Shown here one piece after another: positions 47,689-58,081 of a DNA stretch of 64,000 bases. The notes under the pieces are model-generated. The model did no database searches, was not told the origin of the DNA, and saw only the letters and a list, made by a program, of their open reading frames with translations. Position numbers and translations under genes: made by a program. The DNA lies in NCBI GenBank assembly GCA_947625645.1, contig CANQPE010000004.1:2467-66466 (forward strand). The letters are read 5' to 3'. Positions within the stretch are counted from its first letter, which is position 1; each line of letters starts with the position of its first letter. The DNA is from an uncultured Clostridia bacterium. Lineage in GTDB: Bacteria > Bacillota > Clostridia > TANB77 > CAG-508.

Positions 47689-48315
47689 TTATTTTGTTCC
47701 AAATATTCTATCTCCTGCATCCCCTAATCCAGGAACAATATACCCAACATCATTTAAACATTTGTCAATGCAGGCAGTATATAATTGTACATCTGGATGC
47801 ACTTCTGCCAATTTTTTAATTCCTTCTGGTGCGGAGATAATGGATAAAAATTTTATATGTTTTACCCCATCTTCTTTTAACATAGTAATAGCATCTACTG
47901 CAGAACCTCCTGTTGCAAGCATAGGGTCTAGCACAATGACTTCCCTATTTTGTATGTCTTTTGGCATTTTGTAGTAGTATTTTACAGGTTTTAAGGTTTG
48001 TTCATTGCGATATAGACCAATATGTCCAATTTTGGCATTAGGAATGGCATGAATTAAACCGTCTAACATACCAGTTCCTGCACGTAAAATAGGAACAAAG
48101 GCATATTGATTTTCATCTAACATTTCGGCTTCCATTTTACATAGAGGGGTTTCTATTTCCACTTTCTTTAGTTTGGCATCTTCCATGGCTTTATAACATA
48201 AAAGTGTGGCAATTTCTCCAATGGTTTCACGGAATTCTTTCGTTCCTGTGTTTTTGTTTCGTATGATGGCTAGTTTATGTTTGATTAATGGGTTTTCTAA
48301 TACAATCGGTTGCAT
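47689..48315 (-). CDS. upp: Uracil phosphoribosyltransferase
   Basis: ILRAG, VLDPMLATGGS, YIVPGLGDAGDRIFGT. Confidence 0.93.
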   Translation of the reverse strand: MQPIVLENPLIKHKLAIIRNKNTGTKEFRETIGEIATLLCYKAMEDAKLKKVEIETPLCKMEAEMLDENQYAFVPILRAGTGMLDGLIHAIPNAKIGHIGLYRNEQTLKPVKYYYKMPKDIQNREVIVLDPMLATGGSAVDAITMLKEDGVKHIKFLSIISAPEGIKKLAEVHPDVQLYTACIDKCLNDVGYIVPGLGDAGDRIFGTK

Positions 48316-48332
48316 GCTTTTCACATTCCTTT

Positions 48333-50084
48333 CTAAATTCGATATTTTTCTCTTCTTTGGTAAGTTGTATGTAATAATTTATGAGCTCTATAACTTCCTG
48401 GTTGGTCTAAAAATTCTGCATAAATTGTCTTTAATATTGGATTTTCATGTGATTTTCTAATTTGACTTTTTTCATCAATCGTATACAATGCATTTCCTCT
48501 TAATTTTTTAACATCAACTTCTTCACGGATTTTTGAACTTTTAATTGGTTGCCCACCTCCCATGATGCAACCACCTGGACATGCCATAATTTCTACAAAT
48601 TGATAATCCGCTTTTCCAGACTGTATTTCTTCTAGTATGGTTCTGGCATTTGCCAATCCACTTGCTGCGACCACTTTGATTTCTTTGCCATCAATGGTAA
48701 TGGTTGCTTTTTTGATGCCTTCTGTACCACGAACTTGTTCAAAATGAATGTTTTCCAAATCTTTTCCTGTTAAAACATCTTGGGCTGTTCTTAAGGCTGC
48801 CTCCATGACACCACCTGTTACACCAAAAATGGCACCTGCTCCTGTTGCTTCACCCATAGGATTATCAAATGAAGAATCCTCTAATTTGACAAAGTCAATG
48901 TTTGCTTGTTTTATCATTCTAGCTAATTCTCTTGTTGTAATAACATTGTCGACATCTGGTATACTATTGACTTTCATTTCTGGACGTTGCCTTTCAAATT
49001 TTTTTGCAATACATGGCATAACAGATACCACATAAATTTTACTTGGATCGATACCTTCTTTTTTTGCAAAATAGGATTTAATTAAAGCACCAAACATTTG
49101 ATGTGGTGATTTACAAGTAGAAAGATGTGGTAAAAGGTCTGGGTAATTCATTTCAATAAATCGAATCCACCCTGGAGAACAAGAGGTAATCATTGGTAAA
49201 TTTTCATTTTCTTTAAAGCGTTCTATAAATTCGTGTGCTTCTTCCATAATGGTAAAATCTGCACCTGTATTGGTATCAAAGATTTTATCAAACCCTAGCC
49301 TTTTTAAGGCTGTTACCATTTTCCCTGTTACATTGGTTCCTATTTCCATACCAAATTCTTCTCCTAGTGCCACTCTTACAGCAGGAGCTGTTTGAACGAC
49401 TACATAGCTTTCAGGGTCTTTTAGTTTTTCCCAAACTTCTTGGATAGTTTCTTTTTCATGTAATGCACCTGTTGGACAGTTTTGAATGCATTGTCCACAA
49501 AAAGTACAGTTGACATCATTTAAGCTATTGTTACCTGCGGTGGATATACAAGATTCAAACCCACGGTTAACACAAGCAAGGGCTCCAATTCCTTGTACAT
49601 TTTTACAGGTAGCAACACATCTTCTACAAAGAATGCATTTGTCAAAATCTCTTACAATAGAGGGAGAAAGGTCATCAATTTCGTGTTCAATGATTTCTCC
49701 TGGAAATTCTACATCTTGGATATTGAATTTTCTAGCCAATGCTTGCAACTCACAATTTCCCGAACGAATGCATTTTAAACAGTCTATTTTATGGTTTGAG
49801 ATAATTAAGTCTAGTACCACACGTCTTGCTTCTAAAACGTTTGGCGTGTTGGTATGAACAACCATTCCTTCTTCTACCTTTTGCACACATGAAGTTGCGA
49901 ATCCTCTTCTCCCTTCTATTTCTACAATGCACATCCTACACTCCCCTACTTCATTAATTTCTTTTAGGTAGCATAGTGTTGGAATGTCTATTCCTGCTTG
50001 TTTGGCTGCTTGTAACACGGTTGTGCCTTTTGGGACTTGAACATGTTCATTATCTATAATTAAGTTTATCATTTCTTCTTTCAC
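48333..50084 (-). CDS. hydA: [FeFe]-hydrogenase catalytic subunit
   Basis: N-terminal 2Fe-2S and 4Fe-4S domains. H-cluster motifs TSCSPGW, MPCIAKKFE, EIMACPGGCIMGGGQP. Start set at the GTG 8 nt after ggagg. Confidence 0.9.
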   Translation of the reverse strand: MKEEMINLIIDNEHVQVPKGTTVLQAAKQAGIDIPTLCYLKEINEVGECRMCIVEIEGRRGFATSCVQKVEEGMVVHTNTPNVLEARRVVLDLIISNHKIDCLKCIRSGNCELQALARKFNIQDVEFPGEIIEHEIDDLSPSIVRDFDKCILCRRCVATCKNVQGIGALACVNRGFESCISTAGNNSLNDVNCTFCGQCIQNCPTGALHEKETIQEVWEKLKDPESYVVVQTAPAVRVALGEEFGMEIGTNVTGKMVTALKRLGFDKIFDTNTGADFTIMEEAHEFIERFKENENLPMITSCSPGWIRFIEMNYPDLLPHLSTCKSPHQMFGALIKSYFAKKEGIDPSKIYVVSVMPCIAKKFERQRPEMKVNSIPDVDNVITTRELARMIKQANIDFVKLEDSSFDNPMGEATGAGAIFGVTGGVMEAALRTAQDVLTGKDLENIHFEQVRGTEGIKKATITIDGKEIKVVAASGLANARTILEEIQSGKADYQFVEIMACPGGCIMGGGQPIKSSKIREEVDVKKLRGNALYTIDEKSQIRKSHENPILKTIYAEFLDQPGSYRAHKLLHTTYQRREKYRI

Positions 50085-50097
50085 TTTCGTTTCCTCC

Positions 50098-51957
50098 TTA
50101 ATTTCCAATTGCTTTGAATGGACAAGATGTGAGACATGTACCACATTTGATACATTTGTCTTGGTTAATTGCTCTTTTTTCTCTTCCTTCTCCTTCAATG
50201 GCATTGACCGGACAATTCTTTTGGCATAAGCCACAGCCTTTACATTTTTCAGGGTCTATCATGATTTTTGCCATTGCCTTGCATTCTAGTGCACGGCAAA
50301 CTTTATCAACAGCATGTTCTTCAAATTCATCTCTAAAATATTTTAACGTACTAATGACAGGGTTTGGTGCACTTTGCCCTAGTCCACAAATACTAGATTT
50401 TTGGATGTTGATAGCTAGTTTTTCTAGTTTATCAATATCTTCTTTCGTTCCGTTTCCCTCACATAGTTTTTCTAGAATTTCTAACATTCTTTTGGTTCCA
50501 ATTCGGCAAGGTGTGCACTTTCCGCAACTTTCACTAACCGTAAATTCTAGGTAAAATTTAGCTAAACTTACCATGCATTTTGTATCATCCATAATGATAA
50601 GTCCACCTGACCCCATCATAGAGCCAATATTTTTTAGAGATTCGTAATCGATTGGTGTATCTAAATGTTCTTTTGGAATACATCCTCCAGAAGGGCCACC
50701 TGTTTGAGCAGCTTTAAAGTCCCTTCCATTTGGAATCCCACCACCAATGTCATAGACAATTTCTCGTAACGTTGTTCCCATAGGTACTTCTACTAATCCA
50801 ATGTTGTTTACGTTACCACCTAATGCGAAGACCTTAGTTCCTTTTGAGTTCTCTGTTCCAATAGAGGAATACCAGTCACTTCCTTTTAAAATAATTTGGG
50901 CAATATTGGCATATGTTTCCACATTATTAATTAAGGTTGGTTTGCCCCATAAACCTGCTTGAGCTGGATATGGAGGCTTTAGGCGTGGTTGCCCTCTTTT
51001 TCCTTCAATGGATTCTAATAGAGCTGTTTCTTCTCCACAAACAAAGGCGCCTGCTCCCAAACGGATTTCTATATCAAAGTCAAAACCGGTATTAAAAATA
51101 TTGGTTCCTAGAATTCCATATTCTTGTGCTTGGTGAATGGCAATTTTTAATCGTTGAACAGCAATAGGATATTCTGCTCTGACATAGATAAATCCTTTGT
51201 TGGCCCCAATTGTGTATCCCGCAATTGCCATAGCTTCTAATACAGCATGGGGATCTCCTTCTAAGATACTTCTATCCATAAAGGCACCTGGATCACCTTC
51301 ATCTGCGTTGCAAACTACATATTTTTGAGTACCTTCCGCAGCCCTTGTTAATTCCCATTTTTTGCCGGTAGGAAATCCGGCACCTCCCCTCCCCCTTAGT
51401 CCAGAGTCAGAGATGGTTTTGATAACATCTTCTGGTGTCCATTTTGTTAAGACTTCCTCTAAGGCTTTGTAGCCATCAAATGCTATGTATTCATCTATTT
51501 CTTCAGGATTTATCATGCCACAGTTTTTTAAGGCAATTCTCTTTTGCTTTTTATAGAAACTTAAGTTGTCTAATTTTTGTACTTTGCTACCATCTATATC
51601 TTTGGCAAGTAGTCTTTCAACAACATTTCCTTCTATAATATGCGTTTGAATAATTTCTTCGCAATCTTCTGGTCGGCAATTAGCATAAAACGTGTCTTCT
51701 GGTCGGATAATCACAATTGGTCCTTTGGCACATAGACCAAAACAACCTGTTTTAATGACTCTTACATTTTCAATGTTTTTTTCTTTTAGAATCCTTTTAA
51801 AATTTTCTAATATTTGTGGGGATTTTGAAGAGGTACATCCGGTTCCATGACAAACTAAAATATGTTTTTCACGCGTATCAGCTTTGGTGTTGGTTCTTAG
51901 GTCTAATTCTTTTCTTTTTTCTTTTCTTATTTTATGGATTTCTTCAAGAGATTTCAT
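50098..51957 (-). CDS. hydB: NuoF-like flavoprotein subunit of a bifurcating hydrogenase
   Basis: GRGGAGFPTGKKW, ESCGKCTPCR, and two C-terminal ferredoxin CxxCxxCxxxC motifs. Confidence 0.9.
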   Translation of the reverse strand: MKSLEEIHKIRKEKRKELDLRTNTKADTREKHILVCHGTGCTSSKSPQILENFKRILKEKNIENVRVIKTGCFGLCAKGPIVIIRPEDTFYANCRPEDCEEIIQTHIIEGNVVERLLAKDIDGSKVQKLDNLSFYKKQKRIALKNCGMINPEEIDEYIAFDGYKALEEVLTKWTPEDVIKTISDSGLRGRGGAGFPTGKKWELTRAAEGTQKYVVCNADEGDPGAFMDRSILEGDPHAVLEAMAIAGYTIGANKGFIYVRAEYPIAVQRLKIAIHQAQEYGILGTNIFNTGFDFDIEIRLGAGAFVCGEETALLESIEGKRGQPRLKPPYPAQAGLWGKPTLINNVETYANIAQIILKGSDWYSSIGTENSKGTKVFALGGNVNNIGLVEVPMGTTLREIVYDIGGGIPNGRDFKAAQTGGPSGGCIPKEHLDTPIDYESLKNIGSMMGSGGLIIMDDTKCMVSLAKFYLEFTVSESCGKCTPCRIGTKRMLEILEKLCEGNGTKEDIDKLEKLAINIQKSSICGLGQSAPNPVISTLKYFRDEFEEHAVDKVCRALECKAMAKIMIDPEKCKGCGLCQKNCPVNAIEGEGREKRAINQDKCIKCGTCLTSCPFKAIGN

Positions 51958-52017
51958 TACTTTCACATTCCTTTCTTTTAGGCACAAATATGGAATTTGA
52001 CACAGTCAAAATTGTAA

Positions 52018-52539
52018 TTATTTTTCAACTGTTTTTTCTTTTTCTAGAATTTCATCCAATACCGTATCTAACATTTTTACAGTCGCTTTTCCATGGACTT
52101 CCCCATTGACTGTAAACACAGGCGCTAAACCACAGGCTCCAACACATCTTGTTTCATCTATGGAAAATAAGCCGTCTTCTGTTGTTTGACCTGGCTCAAT
52201 ATTTAGTCTCTGGGTTAGTCTATCCATGATTTTGCGAGATCCTTTGACAAAACATGCTGTTCCTAAACAAACTGAAATGGCATATTTCCCTTTTGGTTCC
52301 AATGTAAATCGAGAATAAAATGTGATAACGCCATAGATTTCTGCCATGGGAATTTCTAAAAATTCTGAGATTTCTTTTTGCGCTTCTTTTGGAATATATC
52401 CAAATTTTTCTTGAACTTCTTCTAAAATAGGAATTAAATTATCTTTTTGCTTCTTATATGTATGAAAAATTTCTTGCATAAATTGCGTTATATTTGCTTG
52501 TACTTCTTGACAAGTACCGTTTTCTTTTTGGTCATGCAT
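52018..52539 (-). CDS. hydC: NuoE-like 2Fe-2S subunit of a bifurcating hydrogenase
   Basis: CLGTACFVKG...CVGACGLAPV. RBS aaggagg. Confidence 0.88.
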   Translation of the reverse strand: MHDQKENGTCQEVQANITQFMQEIFHTYKKQKDNLIPILEEVQEKFGYIPKEAQKEISEFLEIPMAEIYGVITFYSRFTLEPKGKYAISVCLGTACFVKGSRKIMDRLTQRLNIEPGQTTEDGLFSIDETRCVGACGLAPVFTVNGEVHGKATVKMLDTVLDEILEKEKTVEK

Positions 52540-52684
52540 TATTATATCCTCCTTATCATATTGATATTAGTATCATAAAAATTTATGTCCATTTTTATTA
52601 TACCAAAAGAAAAAATATTTTACTAGAGCTATTGACAAAAAAGTCGAAAAATGTCAAAATAAATTTTGAAAGGGGGAATTTCTT

Positions 52685-53155
52685 ATGTATGATTATGACA
52701 TGTCACAATATGCACGTACTTTAGAGGAACTAGAAAATTCTGAAGGCTTTTGGGCTGCTATGGGTGCTGCTTTGGGTGCATATATGGTAATCATCATGGT
52801 GGTTGCAGTAGTGCAAATTATTGCTATGTGGAGAATTTTCACAAAAGCAGGAGAAAAAGGTTGGAAATCTATTATTCCTATTTATAATGTGATTACTTTA
52901 TTCAAGATTTCTGGACTTTCACCTTGGTTAATTCTAGTTTTCTTAGCAGGTATGATTCCAATTGTTGGGTGGATTGCCATTCTAGTTCTAACCGTTTACC
53001 AAGCAAATTGCTTAGCAAAATCTTTTGGAAAAGACATTGGATATACAGTTGGCTTATTATTTTTAGCACCAATCTTTTATATGATTTTGGGATTCGGCAA
53101 TAGCGAATATGTAGGAACCATTTATGGAAGTAACTCTGGTACGCAAACAGTTTAA
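52685..53155 (+). CDS. Small polytopic membrane protein (DUF5684-like)
   Basis: IAMWRIFTKAGEKGWKSIIPIYN... and LFLAPIFYMILGFG. Confidence 0.5.
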   Translation: MYDYDMSQYARTLEELENSEGFWAAMGAALGAYMVIIMVVAVVQIIAMWRIFTKAGEKGWKSIIPIYNVITLFKISGLSPWLILVFLAGMIPIVGWIAILVLTVYQANCLAKSFGKDIGYTVGLLFLAPIFYMILGFGNSEYVGTIYGSNSGTQTV

Positions 53156-53167
53156 CATGAATAAAGA

Positions 53168-53200
53168 AACGTGAAAACCCACAGAGAACCTCTGTGGGAA
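53168..53200. terminator. Bidirectional terminator
   Basis: cccacagag aacc tctgtggg, followed by aatttt. Confidence 0.7.
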
Positions 53201-53207
53201 TTTTGGT

Positions 53208-54170
53208 TTATGATATCATTTCTGCATGAATTTCTTCTAAAATTTTATCTGGTACTTCATGTTTAAAGTCAATTGAAATTTTACTTTCGCTGACATGAAG
53301 TTCGAGAATTTCTAATTTATTTTTTGCAATAATATCTAGTATTTGTTTGATGAATTCCGTATGGCGGATGATACCTGTTCCAATGATAGAAATTCTAGAA
53401 ATTTCTTTTTTGACAACACTTTTGATGGTATTTTCTTCAATGCTGTCTGTAATGACCGTTCCAGCGTGCTGATTAAACGTTGATTTTGTAATAATGGGAA
53501 TTTTATATTTTTCTGCAATTTCAACACATCTTCCATGAAGAACTTTTGCCCCTTCACTGGATAATTCTAACATTTCTGGATAGGAAAGCGCTGGTAATTT
53601 TTTAGCACCTTCTATTTTATTGGGGTCAACCGTATATACACCATCAACATCTGAAAAAATATAACAGTTTTTAGCTTGCAAAGCTGAGGCTACTGCTACT
53701 GCAGTGGTATCTGAACCGCCTCTGCCAAATGTTGTAATATCCAAATTTTCATTATACCCTTGGAACCCTGCAATAATAACAATTTTTCCTTTTCCTAATT
53801 CTGTTTGTATGCGGTTAGTATCAATTCCTTCAATTGTAGCATTTTGGTTGGTATTGTTGGTAAAGATTCCGGCTTGCCATCCGGTTAGGGATATAGAAGG
53901 ATACCCCATTTCATTGAGTAAAATGCTTAATTTAGCAATTGAAATCTGTTCTCCTGTACTAAGTAACATATCCATTTCTCTATTTTCTGGTTGCTTCGAT
54001 AATGTATGTGCTTCTTCAATTAACTGATCTGTTGTTTTTCCTTGTGCTGATACAATGACAACAACTTTATTGCCTTTTTGGTAAAGGTCAATAATTTTTT
54101 CAGCAACCATTTTTAATCTTTGGTTATCTGCTACGGAACTTCCTCCAAATTTTAATACGATTGTGTCCAT
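53208..54170 (-). CDS. Aspartate kinase (short form, single ACT domain)
   Basis: VLKFGGSSV, VVVIVSAQGKTTD, GRGGSDTTA, DVDGVYTVDP. Confidence 0.85.
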   Translation of the reverse strand: MDTIVLKFGGSSVADNQRLKMVAEKIIDLYQKGNKVVVIVSAQGKTTDQLIEEAHTLSKQPENREMDMLLSTGEQISIAKLSILLNEMGYPSISLTGWQAGIFTNNTNQNATIEGIDTNRIQTELGKGKIVIIAGFQGYNENLDITTFGRGGSDTTAVAVASALQAKNCYIFSDVDGVYTVDPNKIEGAKKLPALSYPEMLELSSEGAKVLHGRCVEIAEKYKIPIITKSTFNQHAGTVITDSIEENTIKSVVKKEISRISIIGTGIIRHTEFIKQILDIIAKNKLEILELHVSESKISIDFKHEVPDKILEEIHAEMIS

Positions 54171-54261
54171 CTTACGTACCTTCTTTTATACAATTTCAAA
54201 AGCGATATTTAAGTTTAAATACTGCTCTTAATAGTATATGTTAAAAGGTACCAAAACGAAC

Positions 54262-55357
54262 CTAAGATTTTAAATAACTTTCCATAAATCCATTCAAATC
54301 GCCATTCATAACCGCTTCTACATTCCCCACTTCATAATTGGTTCTATGGTCTTTTACCATTGTGTAGGGGCAAAATACATAAGAACGTATTTGACTCCCC
54401 CAAGCAATGTCTTTTTGTTCTCCTTTTAAGTCTTCCATTTTTTCTTTTTGTTCTTTTTCTTTTAAATCCAATAATTTCGATTTTAACATACGCATGGCAG
54501 TTTCTCGGTTTTGTATTTGTGAACGCTCAGATTGGCAAGCAACAACAATGTTTGTTGGTATGTGCGTAATTCTTACTGCTGAAGAAGTTTTGTTAATGTG
54601 TTGCCCTCCTGCCCCTGAGGCACGATAGGTGTCAATTCGTAAATCGTCTGGGTTAATTTCAATTTCAATGTCATCTGTAATTTCTGGTAGTACTTCTACA
54701 GAGGCAAATGAGGTATGTCTTCTTCCTCCACTATCAAAAGGTGAAATTCTAACCAAGCGGTGTACGCCTTTTTCACATTTCATGTAGCCATAACTATTTT
54801 CTCCTATAATTTCAAATGTAACACTTTTTAGTCCTGCTTCATCACCTTCTAAATAATCCAGTTCTTTTACGGTAAATTCATTTTGGGTTGCCCATCTGGT
54901 ATACATGCGGTATAACATCTCTGCCCAATCTTGTGACTCTGTTCCCCCTGCGCCTGGATGAATGGTAACAATGGCGTTGTTGTTGTCATATTTACCAGAA
55001 AATAGAGTGGCAATTTCTAATTTTTCAATATTTTTTATGAGTCCCTTTGTTCCTTTTATGACTTCTTTTGCCATTGTTTCATCGTATTCTGCTTGTAATA
55101 ATTGACTGATTTCTATTAGATTATTTAATTCAGCTTCATGTTTCATATACGTATCATATTTTGTTTTTATTTTTTTCATTTCTGAGAGTACTTTTCCAGA
55201 AGTTTGGCTGTCATTCCAAAATCCAGGTTCTCCCGTTTGTTTTTCTAGTTCTTGCAATTGTAATTTTAGTTTAGCAATGTCAAAGAGATTCACCCAATTC
55301 TTGTAATTTTTTTTGTAATTGTTCTAATTGTTTTAAATTCTCTTCCAATTCTAACAT
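54262..55357 (-). CDS. prfB: Peptide chain release factor 2 with programmed +1 frameshift
   Basis: The frame-0 leader MLELEENLKQLEQLQKKLQELGESL ends at CTT TGA C (55285-55279). The +1 frame continues DIAKLKLQ... through SPF and GGQ (SGAGGQHIN). Confidence 0.93.
55279..55285 (-). promoter_or_regulatory. prfB autoregulatory frameshift site CUU UGA C
   Basis: The canonical shifty stop, preceded by the SD-like ggtgaa. Confidence 0.85.
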
Positions 55358-55415
55358 GTTATCACGCTCCTATCAAATTAATTTAGCGGAACAACTGTCG
55401 TTCCGCTAGGTTGGG

Positions 55416-55643
55416 TCATTTTTTTGTGAAATATGTGTGAAGCTTATCCAGAGCTTCATTTCTACCTTCAAAACTCAGCTCCAGGTTACTGTGGTCTGCA
55501 TGAATCCGTATAGATTCTAGACCGAGTGCAAACATCTGCTCCAGGGCGCCTTGTATTAACAATTGCCGTGACAGATTTGCTACATCTGAGAATTTAATCT
55601 CATATAAACCTTCTTCCCATTTAATTCCAGTTATTTTCACCAT
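55416..55643 (-). CDS. Hypothetical 75-aa protein, compositionally atypical (higher GC)
   Basis: Own promoter TTGAAA, 17 nt, TGgTACAAT, and RBS gaaagggg. No family recognised. Confidence 0.5.
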   Translation of the reverse strand: MVKITGIKWEEGLYEIKFSDVANLSRQLLIQGALEQMFALGLESIRIHADHSNLELSFEGRNEALDKLHTYFTKK

Positions 55644-55735
55644 AAATTAACCCCTTTCTGTATTTGTTTGATATTGCATATCTATTGTACCATATTATGG
55701 CAAGATTTTCAATATTTTTATCAATTTTAAGGCAG

Positions 55736-56755
55736 TCAAGGCATTTCTATATAACTACTATTCGGAAATATTAATTTGATTTCAGTTCCTTCATCTTGAA
55801 TAGACTGTAGTTCTATGGCAATTCCTAATTTATGGCACAATTTTTGACATAAGTATAATCCAATTCCCGTAGATTTTTGATTTAACATTCTACCATTTGT
55901 TCCAGTAAAACCTTTTTCGAAAACTCTTGAAATTTCACTTTGTTTGATCCCCATTCCATTGTCTTTGATGCATAAAATAATATTTTCTTTTCCTTTTTTT
56001 CCATAGAATTCAATTTCGGAAGGCTGCCCCTTTTTTCGATATTTGATGCTATTTTGAATGATTTGATTGATAATAAAGATAATCCATTTACTATCTGTAT
56101 GGACATCATAGTCTAAATCGTGCATTTGAATTATTATTTTTTCTCCAATCAAAACGGTTTTGTTCTTTTTAATGCAATCATTTACAATATCTTTTAAAGC
56201 ATGTTTTTTAATATAATAATCCTTAGCAACTGCATTGCTTCTTGCATAATACAAGGCTTGTTCAATATAATTTTCTATTTTATGCAATTCTTCATCAATA
56301 CTTTTGGTTGCTTCATTTTTATTATTTTCAATTATCATTTTACTTGTCGCAATTGGAATTTTAATTTCATGAATCCACATTTCAATATATTCTTTATAAT
56401 CTTCTTGTAAATATTTATATTGATTTACATGTTCAATCATTGATGTATTTACTTCTTCTATGAATTCCTTTAGGATGGTTCCTTCAACGAAATCTGGCGG
56501 TTTTATCATCTCAGCAATAAAATATTTTTCGTCTAAGGCTTGTAATATTTGATGAATATCTTGATAATATTTACGTTTTTTGAAATACTCTACTAGTAAG
56601 CCAATAAAATAGATTCCTAGTATGGTAATGGGAATATAAATTTTAATAAAATATCCGTAAGGGTATGCTAACAAAAATATTTCGATTGTTATGATTCCAA
56701 ACAGAAGAAGCACAATGGATAGGATTTTATCTTTTAGAAAACTATGTAACTTCAT
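55736..56755 (-). CDS. Sensor histidine kinase, intramembrane-sensing type (two TM helices, minimal loop)
   Basis: H-box HEIKIPIAT. ATPase motifs DNGMGI, GTNG and STGIGLYL. Confidence 0.85.
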   Translation of the reverse strand: MKLHSFLKDKILSIVLLLFGIITIEIFLLAYPYGYFIKIYIPITILGIYFIGLLVEYFKKRKYYQDIHQILQALDEKYFIAEMIKPPDFVEGTILKEFIEEVNTSMIEHVNQYKYLQEDYKEYIEMWIHEIKIPIATSKMIIENNKNEATKSIDEELHKIENYIEQALYYARSNAVAKDYYIKKHALKDIVNDCIKKNKTVLIGEKIIIQMHDLDYDVHTDSKWIIFIINQIIQNSIKYRKKGQPSEIEFYGKKGKENIILCIKDNGMGIKQSEISRVFEKGFTGTNGRMLNQKSTGIGLYLCQKLCHKLGIAIELQSIQDEGTEIKLIFPNSSYIEMP

Positions 56756-56758
56756 TTT

Positions 56759-57436
56759 TTATCTCATTCCCTTCAATAGATACCCTTGCCCTCTTTTGGT
56801 TTCTAGCAATTCTTTCAAATTTAATTCTTCTAATTTATTTCTTACTCTTGCCATATTAACTGTTAATGTATTATCATCAATAAAGCTTTCACTTTCCCAT
56901 AGATATTCCATCAGTTCTTCTCGAGAAACAATCTGATTTTGTTTCTCAGTTAGATATTTTAATATTTTTAGTTCATTTTTTGTTAACTCAATTTCTTTTT
57001 CGCCCTTGATAATCGTACTATTGGATACATTAATCGTAAAATCTGGTGTACTAATTTTGTCTTGTGCTTTTCCAAGATAACTTCTTCTTAATAAAGAGTT
57101 TGTCTTAGCAAGCAATATTTGAATGTTAAATGGTTTGGTAATATAATGGTCTGCTCCATAATTGATACTTAATAATTCGTCTAGTTCATTATCTCGACTG
57201 GTTATGATGATAATAGGAACATTAGATTGCTTTCGGATTTCTTTACAAATATATTCTCCATCTGCTTCCGGTAGGTTAATATCTAACAATATTAAATCTG
57301 CATTTGCTCTCAAAATGTCTGTAATGGTATGACGAAATTCTTTTAGAGATTCTGCTTGGTAGCCATTATGATTGAAAAAAATCTCTATTTCATTTCTTAA
57401 TTTTTCATCATCTTCAACAATTAAAATTTTTTGCAT
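56759..57436 (-). CDS. OmpR-family response regulator
   Basis: ILIVEDD, LILLDINLP, and a winged-helix C-terminus ending RGQGYLL. Confidence 0.88.
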   Translation of the reverse strand: MQKILIVEDDEKLRNEIEIFFNHNGYQAESLKEFRHTITDILRANADLILLDINLPEADGEYICKEIRKQSNVPIIIITSRDNELDELLSINYGADHYITKPFNIQILLAKTNSLLRRSYLGKAQDKISTPDFTINVSNSTIIKGEKEIELTKNELKILKYLTEKQNQIVSREELMEYLWESESFIDDNTLTVNMARVRNKLEELNLKELLETKRGQGYLLKGMR

Positions 57437-57544
57437 CGTTGCTATCAATGCCTCCTATTTCCTAGAATATGAACTTATTATACATAAATATACTTTTCTT
57501 GTCAATGAAGTTATGAATATATTATCCTTAGCGTACTCGTCAGA

Positions 57545-58048
57545 CTAATATATTCGAACTCCTTGTATATGAATCCATCTCATTTTTGCATAATCATATT
57601 CTGAAATTGGTTTGTTGTAACTGTCCAATGTATGTGAAGCGATTTTTATCCCCTGTAAACTATATGTATTTTCAATATTGACAATCATTAATGAGTGCCC
57701 AAAGGTTTTATCATCAAATGATAATTGTGCAATATCCCCTATTTCTATGTTAGTTTGAGCTACTTCTATTCCATATGGTCCTACGGATTGATTTTGTATT
57801 AAAAATTGATATAAAAATTCTACTCCACTCCAAGAAGGTGACTTGTTATTTCCATTAATATAGTACCAGCCTTTTTCTTTTGTATAATTCATGGTATTGC
57901 TACCTGCATAAATACATTGAGATATAAAACTTGTGCAATCTCCCCCAACACTATCAAAGTTATAGTATTTTGGATTTCGTGAAAATGCCCACTGTTTTGC
58001 GTATGCTACAGCTTTTTGTCTATTATATTGTATTTGTTTCATTTTCAA
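57545..58048 (-). CDS. Putative amidase-domain protein (papain-like Cys/His fold)
   Basis: ..YYNFDSVGGDCTSFISQCIYAG...GHSLMI.. Confidence 0.5.
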   Translation of the reverse strand: MKMKQIQYNRQKAVAYAKQWAFSRNPKYYNFDSVGGDCTSFISQCIYAGSNTMNYTKEKGWYYINGNNKSPSWSGVEFLYQFLIQNQSVGPYGIEVAQTNIEIGDIAQLSFDDKTFGHSLMIVNIENTYSLQGIKIASHTLDSYNKPISEYDYAKMRWIHIQGVRIY

Positions 58049-58081
58049 CCTTCTCCTTTCAAGACTAAAGATGTGCTAGAA

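Noticed and set aside
50085-50234. 50-aa N-terminal extension of HydA overlapping the hydB 3' end.
   Set aside because: The extension has no homology to hydrogenases. A GGAGG, 8 nt, GTG start lies immediately after the hydB stop and gives the conserved 2Fe-2S N-terminus.
54262-55357. prfB split into two frames, which could be called a pseudogene.
   Set aside because: The split is at the canonical CTT TGA C autoregulatory site, so this is a functional gene.
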